From Trueperaceae bacterium (GTDB lineage: Bacteria > Deinococcota > Deinococci > Deinococcales > Trueperaceae), in the NCBI GenBank assembly GCA_965215565.1, contig CBDCDZ010000004.1, forward strand, positions 128,001-192,000: a DNA stretch of 64,000 nucleotides, read 5' to 3'. Below the pieces are notes generated by a model that saw nothing but the letters and a program-made list of their open reading frames with translations, was not told the origin of the DNA and ran no database searches. This document shows positions 58,672 through 64,000 of the stretch, piece after piece (position 1 is the stretch's first letter; each line of letters begins with the position of its first letter). The position numbers and the translations under genes are program-made.

Positions 58672-58805
58672 TAGCAGGTATCATCTGGTCAGCTATACCC
58701 TCACCAAAGAGAACATCGTTCAGCACGCACTTGATTGTGATGATATCTGCGAAGGAGTGTTGCTTCGCATAACTACGTTCAAGCAACGATAAGTGGAACT
58801 GCTAT
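58672..58805 (+). mobile_element. Family A MITE-like repeat
   Basis: tagcaggtatcatctggtcag...cagcacgcac...gatgatatctgcg...gataagtggaactgctat. Confidence 0.88.
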
Positions 58806-58807
58806 CA

Positions 58808-59072
58808 TGTGGATTCCGCGATTAGTCGGAATCCGTATAATACCGTTTCCGGTCAATTCCTAAAGGAATTGACCGGAGCAAGGAGTTTTCAACTGAAGGT
58901 GGCGTTACGGGCAGGTAACAGGTGAGCATTGAAAATGCTGGGGCTTTCAGCCTTAACCTGCCGTCGCATCTTCAAATGGAAGCGACGAGCGCTTATAACG
59001 GCGTGAAGTCGCGTGGTTCGCTCCCGCTGGACGCAGTCGTGTGGTTCGCTCCCGCTAGCCGTTGAGGACTCT
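58808..59072 (+). repeat. Stack of a minimal family C element and a family E/D repeat
   Basis: tgtggattccg..cggaatccgtata; ataccgtttccggtcaattcc..ggaattgaccgg; cgttacgggcagg...gttgaggactct, homologous to 16851-17022. Confidence 0.7.
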
Positions 59073-60071
59073 TTAGCGCGGCTGCGCCTCTTCAGGGATG
59101 GTTACACCAACCTCTCTCCAGTAGCGGGCCGCGCCTGGATGTAAAGGGGTTTGCACACCTACCAGAGCCGTACCCGGGCCCATCTCACTCGCAACGCCGT
59201 TCGTCGGCTCCTGCATGAAGTATAGACCGACTTGGCTATAAACCGATTTGGTCATCTGATAGACCAGTTCCTCGTCCGTATCGGCAGAAACAACCCATAA
59301 ACCTGCGTCGCGGAAGGTCTCAACGTCCTCATCTATACCGCTAAAGGTTCCAGCGGGAATGACATATCTCGAGTAAAAGGGGTACTTATCGAAAAAACCC
59401 GCCGCCTCCGCCGCGCTGTAGGTGTTCAAGATAACAGCGTCGCCCGTTGAAGAGGTACGGATGACCGTCTCATTGGGCACACCGTAGAGCGCGTGATACG
59501 CCTGCACCTGCTGGTCTTTGAGCGCCTCAGAAGCATCTAAACCTGCAACGAGTACAGGATCGATTTCGTCGTAGAGTCCGAGCGTCGTTAAGAGACGCTC
59601 AGCAGAAAGCTGCGTGCCCGAACCCTCACCGCCTACCGCGACGGTCTTGCCCGCCAAGTCCTCGACTGACGTGACCCCTGCTCCCTCCAAGGTGACGAGC
59701 TGCGATACGGCGCTGTAGAGAAAGCCGATAACACGAACCTCGTTATAGGGTCCGTCTTCAGCAAAAATGCCCTCACCGTTGTAACTTAGAAAGACGTCAC
59801 CCGCGAACGCAACACCCATGTCCATCTCGCCCTCTTGGATGCGGCGGAGGTTCTCCCCCGAGCCCGCCGACTTCACCAAGCTGAGATTGAAGCCGTCGAT
59901 GCTTCGCCACAGGATATCGCTAACGCCCAACCCAAACGTATCAAAGGTGCCGCCGCGCGAGCCACCGCCCATCGAGAGAAAAACCTGGCTAGCGGACGTG
60001 ACGCCGAGTCCAAAACACAGGGTGAAGATGACGCCTAATGCGCCTATTCCTCGCCAAAATCTGTAGTGCAT
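59073..60071 (-). CDS. TAXI-family TRAP transporter solute-binding protein
   Basis: GGSRGGTF, SAGSGEN, GSGT, PLHPGAARYWRE. Confidence 0.9.
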   Translation of the reverse strand: MHYRFWRGIGALGVIFTLCFGLGVTSASQVFLSMGGGSRGGTFDTFGLGVSDILWRSIDGFNLSLVKSAGSGENLRRIQEGEMDMGVAFAGDVFLSYNGEGIFAEDGPYNEVRVIGFLYSAVSQLVTLEGAGVTSVEDLAGKTVAVGGEGSGTQLSAERLLTTLGLYDEIDPVLVAGLDASEALKDQQVQAYHALYGVPNETVIRTSSTGDAVILNTYSAAEAAGFFDKYPFYSRYVIPAGTFSGIDEDVETFRDAGLWVVSADTDEELVYQMTKSVYSQVGLYFMQEPTNGVASEMGPGTALVGVQTPLHPGAARYWREVGVTIPEEAQPR

Positions 60072-60230
60072 GACCAAGCCTCCAAAGAACTGGTCCTCCA
60101 AAGAGTTGGATGCCAGAAAAGCCTTTCGAGAATAGCGCACGCTGTCATGAGTATCGGTAAACTAGGCGGGAGTTTCTTTCATTATTGGAATTTGCATGTT
60201 CCATCTCGCAGCTATACTACTACGCAAAGC

Positions 60231-60260
60231 GAAGTGCTCCGCTAGCGGAGCACTTCTTTT
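60231..60260. terminator. Hairpin downstream of glnA (type I-beta)
   Basis: gaagtgctccgc-ta-gcggagcacttc. Confidence 0.55.
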
Positions 60261-60275
60261 CAACTTGAGTCAATC

Positions 60276-61685
60276 TTACAGATCGAAGTACATTTCATAC
60301 TCGATTGGTGATGGGCGCAACCTCGCCGCGTCCACGTCCTCGCGCTTGAGTTCGGTGTAGCTCGCCAAGAGGTCCTCGGTGAAGACGCCCCCTTCGGTGA
60401 GGAAGTCGGTGTCTTTCTCCAAGGCGTCTAGCGCCTCTTCCAAGCTCCTAGGAAGCTGCTTGATGCGCCGCGCTTCGCGGGCGGAAAGCGCGTAGAGGTT
60501 TTTGTCCACAGGCTTAGGTGGTTCCAACTCGCGCTTGATGCCGTCCAAACCTGCCATCAGCATGGCGCTGAAGGCGAGATACGGGTTTGCAGTAGGATCG
60601 GGGGCGCGGTACTCGACGCGCTTGGCTTTAGGCGAGCTTGAATACATCGGCACGCGCACAATCGCGCTGCGGTTCCTAGCCGAAATAATGAGGTTGACGG
60701 GCGCTTCGTAGCCGGGCACCAAGCGGCGGTAGGAGTTCACCGTCGGATTGGTTAGCGCAGCCAAAGCGGGACCATGCGTCAAGAGGCCCGCGACGTAGTG
60801 CATCGCCATTTTAGAGAGTCCGGCGTAGCCGTCCTCATCGTAGAAGAGCGGCTCACCGTCCTTCCACAGGGATTGGTGGACGTGCATCCCGGAGCCGTTG
60901 TCGCCGGAGATCGGCTTGGGCATAAATGTGGCGGTTTTGCCTAACGCCGTCGCCGTATTGCGCACCACGTACTTGTACTTGATGATGTGGTCCGCCACGG
61001 TGAGGAGCGTGTCGAACTTCATGTCGATCTCGGCTTGCCCGGCAGTAGCCACCTCGTGGTGATGGACTTCGATAGGGATGCCGATGCCCTCCAACTCCTT
61101 GACCATCGCGCTACGTAGGTCCTGGTACTTGTCCGAAGGGGCGCAGGGGAAGTAGCCGCCCTTAGGCTTGACCCAGTAGCCGTCGCCGACTTCGTCGGGG
61201 TCAGTGTGGGCGTCCACGGCGAAGATGCGGTAGCCGAAGTTGTAGGGGTCGGTGCTGTAGGTGACGCCGTCGAAGATGAAGAACTCGGCTTCCGGTCCCA
61301 TAAAGGAGGTATCGGCGACGCCCGAATCCTTGAGGTGCGCCTCAGCGCGCTTGGCGACGCCGCGCGGGTCTTTGCTGTACAGCTCGCCGGAAATCGGGTC
61401 AGAGATGTCCGCGATCAAGACGAGCGTCTTGTGCGCGGTGAAGGGGTCGACGAAGGCGCTGCTCGGGTCGGGGGTTAGGAGCATGTCCGAAGCTTCGATC
61501 TGCTGAAAGCCTTCGATGGACGAGCCGTCGAAACCCAAGCCCTCGTCGAAGGCGTCGTCGTCGAAACCGCTCACCGGCAAGCTGAAGTGCTGCCAACGCC
61601 CTGCAACGTCAGTGAAACGGATGTCGATAAATTCGACGTCCTCGTCTTTGATGAATTTGAGGGTTTCTTTAGCATTTTGGAACAT
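60276..61685 (-). CDS. glnA: Glutamine synthetase type I (beta-type, with the ~25-residue insertion and an NLY adenylylation-site-like motif)
   Basis: FDGSSI, GPEAEFF, HHHEVA, TFMPKP, NGSGMH, RNRSA, KNLY. Confidence 0.93.
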   Translation of the reverse strand: MFQNAKETLKFIKDEDVEFIDIRFTDVAGRWQHFSLPVSGFDDDAFDEGLGFDGSSIEGFQQIEASDMLLTPDPSSAFVDPFTAHKTLVLIADISDPISGELYSKDPRGVAKRAEAHLKDSGVADTSFMGPEAEFFIFDGVTYSTDPYNFGYRIFAVDAHTDPDEVGDGYWVKPKGGYFPCAPSDKYQDLRSAMVKELEGIGIPIEVHHHEVATAGQAEIDMKFDTLLTVADHIIKYKYVVRNTATALGKTATFMPKPISGDNGSGMHVHQSLWKDGEPLFYDEDGYAGLSKMAMHYVAGLLTHGPALAALTNPTVNSYRRLVPGYEAPVNLIISARNRSAIVRVPMYSSSPKAKRVEYRAPDPTANPYLAFSAMLMAGLDGIKRELEPPKPVDKNLYALSAREARRIKQLPRSLEEALDALEKDTDFLTEGGVFTEDLLASYTELKREDVDAARLRPSPIEYEMYFDL

Positions 61686-62017
61686 GAATAGGAGCCACCT
61701 CTCAAGAGAAAGTCGTCCCAATATATCGAGTGGTACGCACATTGTCAATGCTTTTGTGGCAAAATGTCCGGTTTAAGTTCAACAACGTAATAGTTTTTGC
61801 TAGACTGAAGTCAATAAGTCGTCTATAGGCCACTAAGCGTACATTTTTATCTACACAAGTTGACAAAACTAGGTTGCGCAGATGTTTATATCCAGGGCAG
61901 TCTGACGTCTACATCTGTAGCTGGAGGGACGCCACGTGAGTCTATCATTTCAGTACAGTTGTGCAGAGAAATAAGCACGCGCTTTTGGAAAAGGTACGAG
62001 AATGCAGGCGAGTGACT

Positions 62018-62046
62018 TGACAACGCGCGCGTAGGTGCGTCATGCT
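62018..62046 (+). promoter_or_regulatory. Putative sigma70 promoter for the second glnA
   Basis: TTGACA at 62018 and CATGCT 17 nt later; implies a ~160-nt leader. Confidence 0.4.
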
Positions 62047-62210
62047 CAGCACAGCTTGATCTGTTTTGATATCAGGGCATGTCGGGGTAGGTTATCGCAG
62101 ATACCACTAGGGCGTGCGCCCAAGGCGCATCACTGCAAAGTGAGCGCGTTTCTGATCGGCTCCGAACGCCAGTGAGACGAATGACATTCGCATCTTCCGG
62201 GAGGCTTTAC

Positions 62211-63551
62211 ATGGCGGCATCTAAGTCTGACATCCACAAGACGCTCGAAAATGAGGGTGTCCAATTTTTACGGCTCCAGTTCACCGACATTATGGGACAT
62301 AACAAAAACGTCGAGGTGCCCGCCTCGCAGTTCGAAAAGGCGTTGGACGGCGAGATGATGTTCGACGGTTCGTCCGTGGAGGGGTTCACCCGCATCGAAG
62401 AGTCCGACATGCTCTTAAAGCCCGACTTCGAAACGTTCTTAGTTTTTCCTGACCTCATTGAAGATGCCGGACGCGGGCGCGTCGCCCGTCTGATCTGCGA
62501 CATCACCTACCCGGACGACACACCCTTCGAGGGCGATCCGCGCTATATCCTCAAACGCCAGGTCGAGCGGCTTCAGAAGCTGGGCTTCGACGACATGTAC
62601 GCGGGACCGGAGCCGGAGTTCTTCCTATTCGAGCGCGACGTGAATGGCGGTGTGACCACCGTCACCCACGACGCCGCCGGTTACTTCGACCTCGCGCCCG
62701 TCGACAGAGGAGAAGAGGCCCGGCGCGACATGGTCAACGCTCTAGTCGAGATGGGCTTCGAGATCGAGGCGGCGCACCACGAAGTCGCGCCGGGCCAGCA
62801 CGAGATCGACTTCAAATACGACAAAGCTGTCGCCACTGCCGATTCCATCGCCACCTTCCGCTTGGTGGTGAAGCGCGTCGCTATGAACCATGGACTCCAC
62901 GCGACGTTCATGCCGAAGCCCGTTGCGGGCATCAACGGTTCGGGGATGCATACGCACCTCTCGCTCTTTAAGGACGGCAAAAACGCTTTTTTCGAAGAAG
63001 GCGCGGAGCATCAGCTTTCGCAGACAGCGCTCCACTGGATTGCGGGCCTACTAGAACACGCGAGCGGCATGGTGGCGCTGACTAACCCTATCGTCAACTC
63101 GTATAAGCGCCTCACGCCGGGCTTCGAAGCGCCCACCAATATCGCCTGGTCCGCCTCGAATAGGAGCGCGATGATCCGCATCCCGGCGCGGCGCGGCGTC
63201 GGCACGCGCAGCGAACTGCGGATGCCTGACCCTGCTTGCAACCCCTACCTGGCGCTCGCCGCGATGCTCGCCGCCGGAATAGACGGGCTCGAGAATAAGC
63301 TCACGCCGCCGCCACCCATCCAGCGCAACATCTACGAGATGAGCGTGCGCGACCGCCGCAAACATAAAATCAAAGAGTTGCCGGGGACGCTCCGCGAGGC
63401 GATTCAAGCCCTGCGCAAGGACCGGGTCATGAAAAACGCCTTGGGCGAACACGCCTTTAACCACTTTTTAGACGCGAAGACGATGGAGTTCGACGCTTAT
63501 AGGGTGACGGTGCATGATTGGGAGCTGCGGGAGTACTTAGCGGAATTTTAG
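62211..63551 (+). CDS. glnA: Glutamine synthetase type I (alpha-type)
   Basis: [46 protein letters not shown] 62211 after GGGAGG. Confidence 0.93.
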   Translation: MAASKSDIHKTLENEGVQFLRLQFTDIMGHNKNVEVPASQFEKALDGEMMFDGSSVEGFTRIEESDMLLKPDFETFLVFPDLIEDAGRGRVARLICDITYPDDTPFEGDPRYILKRQVERLQKLGFDDMYAGPEPEFFLFERDVNGGVTTVTHDAAGYFDLAPVDRGEEARRDMVNALVEMGFEIEAAHHEVAPGQHEIDFKYDKAVATADSIATFRLVVKRVAMNHGLHATFMPKPVAGINGSGMHTHLSLFKDGKNAFFEEGAEHQLSQTALHWIAGLLEHASGMVALTNPIVNSYKRLTPGFEAPTNIAWSASNRSAMIRIPARRGVGTRSELRMPDPACNPYLALAAMLAAGIDGLENKLTPPPPIQRNIYEMSVRDRRKHKIKELPGTLREAIQALRKDRVMKNALGEHAFNHFLDAKTMEFDAYRVTVHDWELREYLAEF

Positions 63552-63739
63552 TTGTTTTGCTCGGTGCTCGAGTTGGGGTCATACAAGTCGCGCATCTGCC
63601 TCACCAGAAAAAACGCCAGCACATTCCTGAAGTTCTTGGTTTTGTCGTCACTCTCTCCCATTTTGAGGAACTGATGGATGAGAAAGTCATCAGGATACGC
63701 TTTGCTCGCCTTTTTGATAATCTCGTCTAAATTCGACAT
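63548..63739 (-). CDS. Small hypothetical protein
   Basis: 63-aa ORF with a GAGG RBS; no family recognised. Confidence 0.4.
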   Translation of the reverse strand: MSNLDEIIKKASKAYPDDFLIHQFLKMGESDDKTKNFRNVLAFFLVRQMRDLYDPNSSTEQNN

Positions 63740-63802
63740 CTCGCCTCACTTCGCTGTAGTTTACCGGAAAGCGAGCGGCGCACTAGGTGAAGCGTAGGGG
63801 GT

Positions 63803-63894
63803 AATACGAGGTTGCAAAACTAAGCCATGCCCATCTGTGATGATAAGCTCTAACGTTACCAGTAAGGATTAAGTAAGCTGTGCAATTCCGTATA
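63803..63894 (+). mobile_element. Family B MITE-like repeat (minimal copy)
   Basis: aatacgaggttgca...tgcaattccgtata. Confidence 0.75.
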
Positions 63895-63895
63895 A

Positions 63896-64000
63896 CTAGC
63901 GCGGTTCCGCCTCTAGAACCCCATTTTTCAGATGGTAGCGGGCGTCCACCTGCTCTACTAACCCTTCATCGTGCGTGACCATCAAAACCGCGCTGCCCTC
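63896..64000 (-). CDS. 3' end of an ABC transporter ATP-binding protein
   Basis: EGSAVLMVTHDEGLVEQVDARYHLKNG...* contains the H-loop. Confidence 0.75.
   Translation of the reverse strand, partial: EGSAVLMVTHDEGLVEQVDARYHLKNGVLEAEPR

Noticed and set aside
1316..58786. Small ORFs or ORF extensions containing (Q)MIPA/QMILA peptides (1316, 2735, 10924, 13710, 39162, 49710, 51724, 58445)
   Set aside because: These are translations of the family A repeat end (cagatgatacctgct), not a protein family
1..64000. tRNA, rRNA, prophage or defence-system genes
   Set aside because: None recognised by eye; tRNAscan, Rfam and DefenseFinder were not run

Overview
GC-rich bacterial chromosomal window whose genes and style suggest Deinococcota (Truepera-like); this assignment is an inference. 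From left to right: the start of a urease operon (ureA, ureB, 5' ureC); a CdaA-YbbR diadenylate cyclase fusion; an alpha-hydroxy-acid oxidase; a CheB-CheR-PAS histidine kinase / receiver / PAS-LuxR / GGDEF signalling cluster; a stress-type gene block (dodecin, phosphoribosyltransferase, MRJP-like protein, CYP152 peroxygenase, sensory-rhodopsin-transducer-like protein, SRPBCC, FAD oxidoreductase, phosphoketolase); an amino-sugar locus (GH4, nagB, BadF-type kinase, ABC transporter); a Cu/Zn-SOD lipoprotein, DUF892 and DUF421; a decayed zone (~33.5-40 kb) with pseudogenes, an IS982 relic and an orphan antitoxin; fabI, TetR, glgE, treS-mak and a second treS; a SPOR protein, a class IV aminotransferase, a mosaic secreted protein, an orphan TAXI receptor and two divergent glnA genes. 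The most striking non-genic signal is a dense set of short intergenic MITE-like repeats. One family has about 15 copies with an internal stem showing compensatory and G-U changes, and these elements carry shared 15-45 nt hairpin modules nested inside them. No rRNA, tRNA or CRISPR array was recognised.
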